Positions 47,727 to 57,141 of a DNA stretch of 64,000 bases are shown here, piece after piece. The first letter of the stretch is position 1. Every line of letters begins with the position of its first letter. A program made the position numbers and the translations under genes. The notes under the pieces are model-generated. The model saw only the letters and a list, made by a program, of their open reading frames with translations, made no database searches and was not told the origin of the DNA. The stretch comes from an uncultured Actinomycetota bacterium (lineage in GTDB: Bacteria; Actinomycetota; Actinomycetes; Mycobacteriales; CADCTP01). Location of the stretch: positions 170,179-234,178 of the forward strand of contig CAWATS010000014.1 in NCBI GenBank assembly GCA_963785005.1, read 5' to 3'.

Positions 47727-49377
47727 GTGAGCTCGGCGCTGATCGGAGCGGGCGTGGCCGCCCTGCGGGCCGGTGATCGCGGCCGCCGCCCGCCGGGCGT
47801 TCGAGTCGGCCGTCGGCGAGGTCGCCTCGGGGGAGGCGCTCGAGGGTCTCGCCCAGGCGCTCTACTTCGAACGGGAGTACCCGGCGTCGGCGGCCTGCTA
47901 CGAGCGCGCCTACGCCGCCTACCGCGGCGAAGGCCAGACCATGGCGGCGGGTCGGGCGGCGCGCACGGTCGCCTGGATCACCGGGAGTGTCCTCGGCGAC
48001 TGGGCGGTCCAGAACGGATGGCTCGCCCGGGCCCGCACCGTCCTGGACGAGGCGGGCGCGGACCGGGCGGAGCGCGGCTGGGTGCTGATCATCGAGTCGT
48101 TCTCGGAGCCGGACCCGCAGGCTCGCGAGTCGCTGCTGCGCGAGGCCATCGCGATCGGGCGCCGGTTCGGCGATCCCGACGTCGAGTTCGACGCGCTGTC
48201 GTACCTCGGCGGCCTGCTCGTGCTGACCGACCGGGTCGCTGACGGCCTTGTCCTCTTCGACGAGGCCCTGGCCGCCGCCTGTGCCGGCGAGCTGACGGAC
48301 CTGGCCTCGGTGGACTCGATGTTCTGCGGGTTCTTCTGGGCCTGCGAGCTGGTCAACGACGTTCCCCGCGCCGACCAGTGGATGCGCGCGGCCGCGGGCC
48401 GCATGCAGCGCAGCAGCGTCGTCGCCGCGTTCTGCCGCGCCCACTACGGCGGGATCCTCACCGCGGCCGGGCGGTGGACCGAGGCGGAGACCGAGCTCGT
48501 CGAGGCCGCCCGGCAGTTCGACCGGGGCGTCTCGGCGCGGCGCGCCGCCGCGGTCATCCGCCTCGCCGCCCTGCGCGTGCGGCAGGGCCGGCTGGAGGAG
48601 GCCGGCCAGCTCCTGGCGGGACTGGAGCAGCACCCGGACGTCGTCCCCACGCTCGCCGCCCTGCACCTGGCCCGCGGCGACACGGCGCTGGCGCGGGACC
48701 TGCTGGAGCGGGCCACCGAACGCCGTGACGACGAGGTCCCGACAACCGGGGACTCGGTCATGGTTGGACCGCTGCTGTCCCTGCTCGTCGACGTCCACCT
48801 GGCGGAGGGGAGCGTCGAGGACGCCGCCCGCGCCGCGGAGCGCCTGGGTCGGATCGCCGCGGCGCAGCGGGGGCCGTACCTGCACGCCGCCGCGGCGCTC
48901 GCGAGGGGACGGGTCTGCATCGCCAGCGGGCACCCGGACGCGCGCGCCTGCCTGCACGAGGCACTGGCGGGATTCGCGCGGGCACAGCTGCCCATGGAGC
49001 TCGCCCGGACGCGCCTGGAGATGGCCCTGGCGCTCGCCGACCGCTCGCCGGAGGTCGCCATCGCGGAGGCGAAGGCGGCGCTCGAGGACTTCGAGCGGCT
49101 CGCCGCCGCCCGGCACGCCGATGCGGCCGGGGCGCTGCTGCGGTCGCTCGGCGCGCCGGTCCGGACCGGTGCCAAGGGGGTCGGCGTCCTGACGAAGCGG
49201 GAGGCCGAGGTCCTCCTGCTGCTCGGCGCCGGGCTGTCGAACCCGGAGATCGCAGATCGCCTCTACATCACCCGCAAGACCGTCGAGACCCACGTCGGGA
49301 ACCTGCTGGCGAAGCTCGGCCTGCGGAACCGGGCCGAGGCGGCGGCCTACGCGATGCGGGAGAAGATCAGCGGGTAG
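47727..49377 (+). CDS. TPR-like + LuxR HTH transcriptional regulator (probable frameshift near 47780)
   Basis: C-terminal LTKREAEVLLLLGAGLSNPEIADRLYITRKTVETHVGNLLAKLG. All-helical N-terminal part with no ATPase motif. Confidence 0.9.
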
Positions 49378-49378
49378 G

Positions 49379-49394
49379 TCGGGGACCTCCCCGA
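49379..49394. promoter_or_regulatory. Palindromic site between the LuxR gene and the oxidoreductase gene
   Basis: TCGGGGA-CC-TCCCCGA, 35 nt upstream of ATG 49430. Confidence 0.65.
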
Positions 49395-49429
49395 TACTTC
49401 CCCGCCGGCCGCGTGGAGATGCTGCCGCC

Positions 49430-50662
49430 ATGGCTGACAACTCGTACGACGCGATCGTGGTGGGCGCGCGCTGCGCCGGCTCCCCGACCGCGATGCTGCT
49501 CGCCCGCAAGGGCTACCGGGTCCTGGTCGTCGACCGGGCCGCATTCCCCAGCGACACGCTGTCCACCCACCTCGTCCATCCGCCGGGCGCGGCAGCGCTG
49601 GCCAGGTGGGGCCTGCTCGACCGGCTGGTCGCGTCGGGATGCCCGCCCATCCACACCTACGTGTTCGACTTCGGTCCACTGGTCGTCTCCGGGGCGCCGG
49701 GGACCGAGGACGCTCCGGTCGCGTACGGGCCGCGCCGGACCGTGCTGGACAAGCTGCTCGTGGACGCCGCGTCCGAGTCGGGAGCGGAGATCCGGGAGGA
49801 GTTCGTCGTCGACGAGGTCGTCGTCTCCGACGGTCGGGTCACCGGCGTCCGCGGCCACGGCAAGGGCGGCCGGAGCGTCACCGAGCAGGCCCGGGTGGTC
49901 GTCGGGGCCGACGGCCGGCACTCGCTGGTCGCCGGGGCGGTGCGTCCCGAGCAGTACCACGAGAAGCCGCGGCTGCTGGCCGGCTACTACTCCTACTTCA
50001 GCGGCCTGCCGATGGACGGCCGCTTCGAGAACTACATCCGGCCGGACCGGGCGGTCGCGGCGTGGCCCACGAACGACGACCTGACGCTGGTCGTCGGCGG
50101 CTGGCCGTACGCGGAGATGGAGGCCAACCGGGGGGACATCGAGGGAAACTTCCTGGCGATGCTCGAGCTGGCGCCGCCGTTCGCCGAGCGGATCCGGGCC
50201 GCCACCCGGGAGGCCCGCTACGTCGGCACGGCGGTGCCGAACTACTTCCGCAAGCCGTACGGGCCGGGCTGGGCGCTGGTCGGGGACGCCGGCTACAACA
50301 AGGACTTCATCACCGCGCAGGGGATCCAGGACGCCTTCCGGGACGCCGAGCTGTGCGTCGCGGCGCTGGACGAGACCTTCTCCGGGCAGCGCCCGTTCGA
50401 CGTCGCCATGAAGGAGTACCAGTCCGCGCGGGACCAGCAGGTGCTGCCGATGTACGAGCTCACCACCGAGCTCGCGACGCTCGAGCCGCCGCCGCCCGAG
50501 CTGCAGCAGCTGCTGGGCGCCATGCCCGGCGACCAGGACGCCATGGACGGCTTCGCCCGGATGATCGCCGGAGTGACGTCACCGGCCGAGTTCCTCTCCC
50601 CGGAGAACGCCGGGCGGATCATCTCGCAGGCCGCCGGCCGGGGTCGACGCGACCCCGAGTGA
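49430..50662 (+). CDS. FAD-dependent oxidoreductase (geranylgeranyl-reductase/FixC-like)
   Basis: IVVGARCAG, FPSDTLSTH, VVGADGRHS, WALVGDAGYNKD..AQGIQDAFRDA. Confidence 0.92.
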   Translation: MADNSYDAIVVGARCAGSPTAMLLARKGYRVLVVDRAAFPSDTLSTHLVHPPGAAALARWGLLDRLVASGCPPIHTYVFDFGPLVVSGAPGTEDAPVAYGPRRTVLDKLLVDAASESGAEIREEFVVDEVVVSDGRVTGVRGHGKGGRSVTEQARVVVGADGRHSLVAGAVRPEQYHEKPRLLAGYYSYFSGLPMDGRFENYIRPDRAVAAWPTNDDLTLVVGGWPYAEMEANRGDIEGNFLAMLELAPPFAERIRAATREARYVGTAVPNYFRKPYGPGWALVGDAGYNKDFITAQGIQDAFRDAELCVAALDETFSGQRPFDVAMKEYQSARDQQVLPMYELTTELATLEPPPPELQQLLGAMPGDQDAMDGFARMIAGVTSPAEFLSPENAGRIISQAAGRGRRDPE

Positions 50663-50800
50663 CCGGCGGAGGGTGATTCGGCTGCGTCGGACTGTGCACC
50701 GGGCTGCCGCGCCCGTCAGGCCAGCACCACGAAACCCGGACATCCGGCGCTTCTCACCAAGATGCGACGCTCCCGGACGTAGATGAGCCACAGTGGTCGC

Positions 50801-50977
50801 ATGGAACAGAGCCGATCCGTCGTGTTGCTGCTGGCCGGGGTGGTGGTCGTCTCGGCCGCCGTCATCGTGGCCACCAGCGGTGAGTCGATAGCCGTCCGCT
50901 ACCTGACCGTGTTGGTCGCGCTCGACATCGCGACCCGCCTCGTGCTCTCCACCCGGCGCCGCAGCTCGGACCGGTGA
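50801..50977 (+). CDS. Small two-TM hypothetical protein
   Basis: Two hydrophobic segments. Stop overlaps the next GTG (GTGA). Confidence 0.55.
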   Translation: MEQSRSVVLLLAGVVVVSAAVIVATSGESIAVRYLTVLVALDIATRLVLSTRRRSSDR

Positions 50978-53493
50978 CTCGTCCCGGCCGAACCGAGCCG
51001 GTCTCCGAGCAGCGCGAGGCGTCGACGACGGTCACCGATCCGGCCGGACCAGGTGCGGACACCGGAGGCGGCGACGGCAACGCCGGCTACCGCCGGTCGC
51101 CGCGGGATCTGCTGCGCCTCGTCGTCTACCTCGGCCTGCTCCTGGTGGCCGCGCTGCCCACCCTGTACGCCGAGGACTCGGTGCTGGGACTGGAAGAGGA
51201 CATCCTGCGCCTCTTCGACCGGCTGCCGGTCGGCGTCGAGCGGGTGTTCGTGGGACTGCTGCAGCTCACGGTGGTCCTGGTCGCGGCCATCGTCCTGGTC
51301 GGCGTGCCGCTCGTGACCCGCCGCCTGCGCCTGGTCTGGATGGTGCTGGTCGGTGGCCTGGCGGCCGACCTGGCGGTGCGGGGCCTGGCGTGGTGGCTGG
51401 AGCGGCGGAACCCGCCCAGCCTGGTCGTCGAGCTGGCGAGCCGGGGTGGCATCGCCTCCCGACACTTCCCGTCCGCCGCCACGCTCGGGGCGATGGCGGC
51501 GGTGCTGGTCATCGCCGGTCCGTTCGTGTCCCGGCGATGGCGGCGGGCGGGGGCCATTGTCCTCGCGCTGGTGACGCTGTGCCGGCTCCTGGCGGCGGCC
51601 ACGCTGCCCGCCGACCTGTTCGTCGCGCTCGCCGCCGGGGCCGTCGTCGGTACCGCGGTCCTGCTGGCGTTCGGCCGGCCCGATCGCCGGGCCCCGGCGG
51701 CGGCGATCAGCGCCGCTCTCATCCGCGCCGGGCTGCCGGTCGTCTCGCTCCGGCCCGCCAGCGTGGACGCGCGAGGATCGACGCCCTACTTCGGGTCGCT
51801 CGCCGACGGCCGGTCGGTGTTCGTCAAGCTGCTGGGCAGCGAGGAGAGAAGCGCTGACCTCCTCTTCCGCCTCTACCGCTTCGTGCGCCTGGAGCACGTC
51901 GGCGACGAGCGACCGTTCTCGTCCCTGCGCCGCGAGGTCGAGCACGAGGCGCTGGTGTCCCTGCGGGCCCGCGACATCGGCGTCCGCACCCCCCGATTCG
52001 AGGGCCTGGCTACGGTCGACGACGACTCGATGGTGCTCGCGTACGAGGGGATCGCCGGGCGTTCGCTCGACAAGGTGGACCCGGAGTCGCTCACCGACGA
52101 CGTCCTCCGCCAGATCTGGGAACAGGTCGGGATCCTCCGTCATCGCCGGATAGCCCACCGCGACCTGCGGCTGGCCAACGTCTTCCTCGACGACCAGGAC
52201 CTCGCCTGGTTGATCGACTTCGGCTTCAGCGAGCTCGCCGCTCAGGACGGCCAGCTCAATGGCGACGTGGCGGAGCTGCTCACCTCGACGTCGCTCAAGG
52301 TCGGGCCGGCCCGGGCGGTGGACGCGGCGGTCAGCGTGCTGGGACCGGCGGCGGTGGCGTCGTCGATGGGCCGCCTGCAGCCGAATGCGCTGAGCGGCGC
52401 CACCCGCCGGGGCCTGAAGGAGCGCAAGGGCCTGCTCACCGAGCTGCGCGACACGGTCAGCGCGGGCACCGGCACGCCACCACCGCCACTGGAGCACCTG
52501 GAGCGGATCAGCGGGCGCACCGTCCTCCTGGTCCTGATGTGCGGCGCCGCGCTGTACTTCCTCCTGCCGCAGATCGGCAGCGTCGACGAGATGTGGCGGC
52601 GGGTCCAGGCGGCGGACTGGAGGTGGCTGCCGGCGATCCTCGCCATGTCCGCGCTCACGTACGTCGGCGCGACGGTGAGCATGTTCGGGGCGGTGCCGAT
52701 TCGGCTGCGGGCCCTGCCCACGCTGCTGGCGCAGACCGCGTCGTCGTTCGTGAACCGGGTGACCCCCGCCAACGTCGGGGGGATGGCGTTGAACGCCCGC
52801 TTCCTGCAGAAGTGCGGCCTCGACTCCGCCACCGCCGTCGCCGGCGTCGGTCTGAACTCGGTCGGCGGTGCCGTGGTCCACCTGGTGCTGACGGCACTGT
52901 TCCTCGTGTGGGCCGGGCAGTCGGCCTTCCGGTCCTTACCGCTGCCGTCGCCGCGCACGGTGCTCCTCGGTGTGGCGGTCGTGGCGGTCGTGACCGTGGG
53001 CGCGTTCCTCGTGCCCGCTGTCCGGCATGCCGTGGTGCACAAGGTCGGGCGGTTCCTGAGCCGCTCGCTGACCGGCGCCGTCCAGGTGGTGCGGCGGCCG
53101 GGCAAGGTCGCGCTGCTGCTCGGCGGTTCGGCCATCGTCACCACGACCTACATCCTCGGCCTCTACTACTCGTCGCTGGCCTTCGGTGCACAGCTGAGCC
53201 TGGTCACGGTGGGTGCCGTGTATCTCGCCGGATCGGCCATCGCCTCGGCCGCTCCCACCCCGGGCGGACTCGGTGCGGTTGAGGCCGTGCTGATCGGCGG
53301 CCTCATCGGAGCGGGGATGCCGAGCGCGGTCGCCGTTCCCGCCGTGCTGCTGTTCAGGCTTGCCACGTTCTGGCTGCCGGTGCTGCCGGGCTGGCTTGTC
53401 GTTTCGCGCTACCTGCGGCGGGCCGACATGGACGGCTGCGGTCGCCGGATGACGCCGGCGTCCCGGCCGGTCCCTGGAGCGCCGCGTCGCTGA
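50974..53493 (+). CDS. PAP2-like + kinase-like + LPG-synthase TM (flippase) three-domain membrane protein
   Basis: HFPS, DARGSTPY..VFVKL, ERPFSSLRREVEHEAL, IAHRDLRLANV..LIDFGFSE, NRVTPANVGG, APTPGGLGAVEA, LLFRLATFWLPVLPGW. The exact C-terminus is uncertain. Confidence 0.9.
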   Translation: MTRPGRTEPVSEQREASTTVTDPAGPGADTGGGDGNAGYRRSPRDLLRLVVYLGLLLVAALPTLYAEDSVLGLEEDILRLFDRLPVGVERVFVGLLQLTVVLVAAIVLVGVPLVTRRLRLVWMVLVGGLAADLAVRGLAWWLERRNPPSLVVELASRGGIASRHFPSAATLGAMAAVLVIAGPFVSRRWRRAGAIVLALVTLCRLLAAATLPADLFVALAAGAVVGTAVLLAFGRPDRRAPAAAISAALIRAGLPVVSLRPASVDARGSTPYFGSLADGRSVFVKLLGSEERSADLLFRLYRFVRLEHVGDERPFSSLRREVEHEALVSLRARDIGVRTPRFEGLATVDDDSMVLAYEGIAGRSLDKVDPESLTDDVLRQIWEQVGILRHRRIAHRDLRLANVFLDDQDLAWLIDFGFSELAAQDGQLNGDVAELLTSTSLKVGPARAVDAAVSVLGPAAVASSMGRLQPNALSGATRRGLKERKGLLTELRDTVSAGTGTPPPPLEHLERISGRTVLLVLMCGAALYFLLPQIGSVDEMWRRVQAADWRWLPAILAMSALTYVGATVSMFGAVPIRLRALPTLLAQTASSFVNRVTPANVGGMALNARFLQKCGLDSATAVAGVGLNSVGGAVVHLVLTALFLVWAGQSAFRSLPLPSPRTVLLGVAVVAVVTVGAFLVPAVRHAVVHKVGRFLSRSLTGAVQVVRRPGKVALLLGGSAIVTTTYILGLYYSSLAFGAQLSLVTVGAVYLAGSAIASAAPTPGGLGAVEAVLIGGLIGAGMPSAVAVPAVLLFRLATFWLPVLPGWLVVSRYLRRADMDGCGRRMTPASRPVPGAPRR

Positions 53494-54351
53494 GGGCACC
53501 AGGAAGGCGCGCAGCGCCCGGACCAGCTCCTCCGGCGCGTCCTCGGCGATGTGGTGGCCGGACTCGATGCGCTGGCCGCGCAGGTCGTCCGCCCACCCGC
53601 TCCAGACGGTCAGCGGGTCGCCGTAGAGCTCCTCCATGTCGTCCCGGGTGGACCACAGGACCAGGACCGGGCAGCCGAGCCGGCGGCCGGCCCGGCGGTC
53701 GGCCTCGTCGTGGGCGCGGTCGACGCCGAGACCGGCCCGGTAGTCCTCGAGCATCGCGTGCACGGTGTCGGGGTCGTGGATGGCCCGCCGGTAGTCCTCG
53801 TACGCCTCGGCGCCCATGGCCTCGGCGCTGCCGCCGTACCAGGCGTCGGGGTCGGCGTTGATGGCGCGCTCGGGCTTGTCCGGCTGGGCGAAGAAGAACC
53901 AGTGCCACCACGCCGTGGCGAACTTCTCGCCGCACCGGTCCAGGGCCGCGCCGATCGGGACGCTGTCGAGCACGGCGAGGTGGCTGACCGCGCCGGGGTG
54001 ATCGAGGGCCAGCCGGAAGGCGACGTAGCTGCCGCGGTCGTGCCCGGCGACCGCGAACCTCGGGTGTCCCAGGTGCCGCATCACGGCGAGCACGTCCCCG
54101 GCCATGGCGCGCTTGGAGTAGGGCGAGTGGTCCGCGGTGGTCGCCGGCTTCGAGGACCGGCCGTAGCCGCGCAGGTCCGGGCAGACGACGGTGTGCCCGG
54201 CCGCGACCAGCGGCGGGGCGACTCGGTGCCAGGTGGCGGACGTGCGCGGGTGGCCGTGCAGCAGCAGCACGGCCGGGCCGGTGCCGGCGTGCCGTACCCG
54301 CAGCGTCGCCTCGCCGACGTCCACCGACTCGGTCGTGAATCCCTCGAACAC
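53490..54351 (-). CDS. Alpha/beta hydrolase, haloacetate-dehalogenase-like; stop codon not resolved
   Basis: LLHGHP, PDLRGYG, YSKRAMA, nucleophile motif GHDRG, WWHWFF, EDYRA, SGHHIAED. The fold ends near 53490 but the frame stays open to 52936. Confidence 0.88.
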
Positions 54352-54481
54352 GCCGCCCAACCTGCCACAGCCCGGCCGCAAGAGGGCGGGCACAGCGGCG
54401 GCGGGGTTTGGGGTCACCCCAGTCGGCTAGGACGGACTAGACGGGTGCACAGATGCGTCCGCGAGCGGAGGGAGCGTTTCC

Positions 54482-55705
54482 ATGGCCGGAAACAAGGCGG
54501 TCGCCTACATGGGACCGGGCCGGGTCGAGGTGCAGACCATCGACTACCCGACGCTGGAGTTGCAGGACGGGCCGGGGGTGAACCCGGCGAACGTCGGCCG
54601 CAAGCTCCCGCATGCGGCGATTCTGAAGAACGTCGCGACCAACATCTGCGGCAGCGACCAGCATATGGTCCGCGGCCGCACCACCGCACCGACCGGCCTG
54701 GTGCTCGGCCATGAGATCACCGGCGAGGTGGCCGAGGTGGGCCCGGGGGTGGAGTACATCAAGGTCGGCGACGTGTGCTCGGTCCCGTTCAACATCTCCT
54801 GTGGACGGTGCCGCAACTGCAAGGAGGGCAAGACCGGCATCTGCCTGAATGTCAACCCGGACCGTCCCGGCTCCGCGTACGGCTACGTGGACATGGGCGG
54901 CTGGGTCGGCGGGCAGGCCGAGTACGTGCTGGTCCCGTACGCCGACTGGAACCTGCTGAAGTTCCCCGACAAGGACCAGGCGATGGCGAAGATCCTGGAC
55001 CTGACGATGCTGTCGGACATCTTCCCGACCGGGTACCACGGCTGCGTCTCCGCCGGCGTCGGCACCGGCTCGACCGTCTACGTGGCCGGCGCCGGCCCGG
55101 TCGGGCTGGCCGCGGCCGCGTCGGCGTACCTGCTGGGCGCCGCCGCAGTCATCGTCGGCGACCTGAACGCCGACCGGCTCGCCCAGGCGCGCAGCTTCGG
55201 CTGCGAGACCGTCGATGTGTCCAAGGGCGACCCCGGCGAGCAGATCGAGCAGATCCTCGGCGAGCCGGAAGTGGACTGCGGGGTCGACGCGGTCGGCTTC
55301 GAGGCCCGCGGGCACGGCGCGGACGCGCAGACCGAGCGGCCGGCGACCGTGCTGAACTCGCTGATGACCATCACCCGGGCCGGCGGCGCGCTCGGCATCC
55401 CGGGCCTCTATGTCACCGGCGACCCGGGCGCCGCCGACGACGCGGCGAAGGAGGGCTCGCTGTCGATCCGGCTCGGGCTCGGCTGGGCGAAGTCGCACGC
55501 GTTCTACACCGGCCAGTGCCCGGTGATGCGCTACAACCGGCAGCTGATGATGGCGATCCTGCACGACCGGGTGCAGATCGCCAAGGCCGTCAACGCGACA
55601 CCGATCCCCCTCGACCAGGCGCCACAGGGGTACGCGGAGTTCGACCAGGGCGCCGCCCGCAAGTACGTACTCGACCCGCACGGCATGGTCGCCGCACGGA
55701 ACTGA
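54482..55705 (+). CDS. fdhA: Glutathione-independent formaldehyde dehydrogenase
   Basis: [67 protein letters not shown]. Confidence 0.94.
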   Translation: MAGNKAVAYMGPGRVEVQTIDYPTLELQDGPGVNPANVGRKLPHAAILKNVATNICGSDQHMVRGRTTAPTGLVLGHEITGEVAEVGPGVEYIKVGDVCSVPFNISCGRCRNCKEGKTGICLNVNPDRPGSAYGYVDMGGWVGGQAEYVLVPYADWNLLKFPDKDQAMAKILDLTMLSDIFPTGYHGCVSAGVGTGSTVYVAGAGPVGLAAAASAYLLGAAAVIVGDLNADRLAQARSFGCETVDVSKGDPGEQIEQILGEPEVDCGVDAVGFEARGHGADAQTERPATVLNSLMTITRAGGALGIPGLYVTGDPGAADDAAKEGSLSIRLGLGWAKSHAFYTGQCPVMRYNRQLMMAILHDRVQIAKAVNATPIPLDQAPQGYAEFDQGAARKYVLDPHGMVAARN

Positions 55706-55779
55706 GCTCAGGCCTCGCAGCCTGCCCGCGCGAGGTGGCACGATGGCCGCGCGCGGGCGGGGCTGACGAGGGGGACGCC

Positions 55780-57141
55780 ATGACGGAGCGGACCAAGATC
55801 CTGCTGGACGAGGCGTCGATGCCGACGCGGTGGTACAACCTCGTGCCCGACCTGCCCGCGCCGCCTCCGCCGCCGCTGCACCCGGGCACCCACCAGCCGG
55901 TGGGACCCGAGGACCTCGCCCCGCTCTTCCCGATGGCGCTGATCGCGCAGGAGGTCTCGGCGGAGCGCTACGTCGACATCCCCGAGCCGGTCCAGGAGGT
56001 CTACCGGCTCTGGCGGCCGTCCCCGCTCTACCGGGCGCACCGGCTGGAGAAGGCGCTCGGGACGCCGGCGCGGATCTACTACAAGTACGAGGGGGTGAGC
56101 CCCGCCGGCTCGCACAAGCCCAACACGGCCGTCCCGCAGGCCTACTACAACGCCGCGGAGGGCGTGCGGCGCCTGACCACCGAGACCGGCGCCGGGCAGT
56201 GGGGCAGCGCGCTGGCGTTCGCCTGCAGCCAGTTCGGGCTGGAGTGCGAGGTCTGGATGGTCGCCGCCTCGTACCGGCAGAAACCGTACCGGCGCTCGAT
56301 GATGGAGACCTGGGGTGCGACGGTCCACCCCAGCCCGTCCCCGCTGACGCAGTCCGGCCGGGCGGTGCTCGCCGAGGACCCCGACAGCCCCGGCAGCCTG
56401 GGCATCGCGATCAGCGAGGCGGTGGAGATGGCCGCCCAGGCCCCGGACAGCCACTACGCCCTGGGCAGCGTCCTCAACCACGTCCTGCTGCACCAGACGG
56501 TGATCGGCGAGGAGGCGATCGCCCAGCTCGCGGTGGTGGGTGAGAGCCCCGACGTCATCGTCGGCTGCACCGGCGGCGGGTCGAACTTCGGCGGGCTCGC
56601 CTTCCCGTTCCTGCGCGAGAAGCTGGCCGGCCGGATCGACCCGGTCATCCGGTGCGTCGAGCCGGCGGCCTGCCCCAGCCTCACCAAGGGGGAGTACCGC
56701 TACGACTACGGCGACACCGCGGGCCTCGCGCCGATGGTGAAGATGCACACGCTGGGCCACGACTTCATCCCGGACCCCATCCACGCGGGCGGGCTGCGCT
56801 ACCACGGCATGTCGCCGCTGCTCAGCCACGTCTACGAGCTGGGCCTGGTCGAGGCCGAGGCCATCGGCCAGACCGAGTGCTTCGAGGCCGGTGTCCGCTT
56901 CGCCCGCACCGAGGGGATAGTCCCGGCCCCCGAGCCGACGCACGCGGTCGCGGCGGCCATCCGCGAGGCCCGGCACTGCGCGGAGACGGGCGAGGCCAAG
57001 GTCATCCTCACCGCGCTGTGCGGGCACGGCCACTTCGACATGGCCGCCTACGACGCGTACTTCCGCGGCGAGCTGTCCGACCTCGACTACCCCGTCGAGC
57101 GCGTCCGCGCCTCGATGGCCCGGGTGCCGGTGATCGCCTAG
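55780..57141 (+). CDS. trpB2: TrpB2 (stand-alone tryptophan synthase beta-like PLP enzyme)
   Basis: [67 protein letters not shown]. No trpA adjacent. Confidence 0.93.
   Translation: MTERTKILLDEASMPTRWYNLVPDLPAPPPPPLHPGTHQPVGPEDLAPLFPMALIAQEVSAERYVDIPEPVQEVYRLWRPSPLYRAHRLEKALGTPARIYYKYEGVSPAGSHKPNTAVPQAYYNAAEGVRRLTTETGAGQWGSALAFACSQFGLECEVWMVAASYRQKPYRRSMMETWGATVHPSPSPLTQSGRAVLAEDPDSPGSLGIAISEAVEMAAQAPDSHYALGSVLNHVLLHQTVIGEEAIAQLAVVGESPDVIVGCTGGGSNFGGLAFPFLREKLAGRIDPVIRCVEPAACPSLTKGEYRYDYGDTAGLAPMVKMHTLGHDFIPDPIHAGGLRYHGMSPLLSHVYELGLVEAEAIGQTECFEAGVRFARTEGIVPAPEPTHAVAAAIREARHCAETGEAKVILTALCGHGHFDMAAYDAYFRGELSDLDYPVERVRASMARVPVIA

Noticed and set aside
46760-47730. ANTAR target dual-hairpin RNA near the GAF-ANTAR gene
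   Set aside because: I could not identify a convincing tandem hexaloop hairpin motif by eye. A covariance-model search would be needed.
54775-57141. 788-aa extended TrpB2
   Set aside because: The N-terminal 335 codons are an off-frame overlap with fdhA. The RBS and family N-terminus point to ATG 55780.
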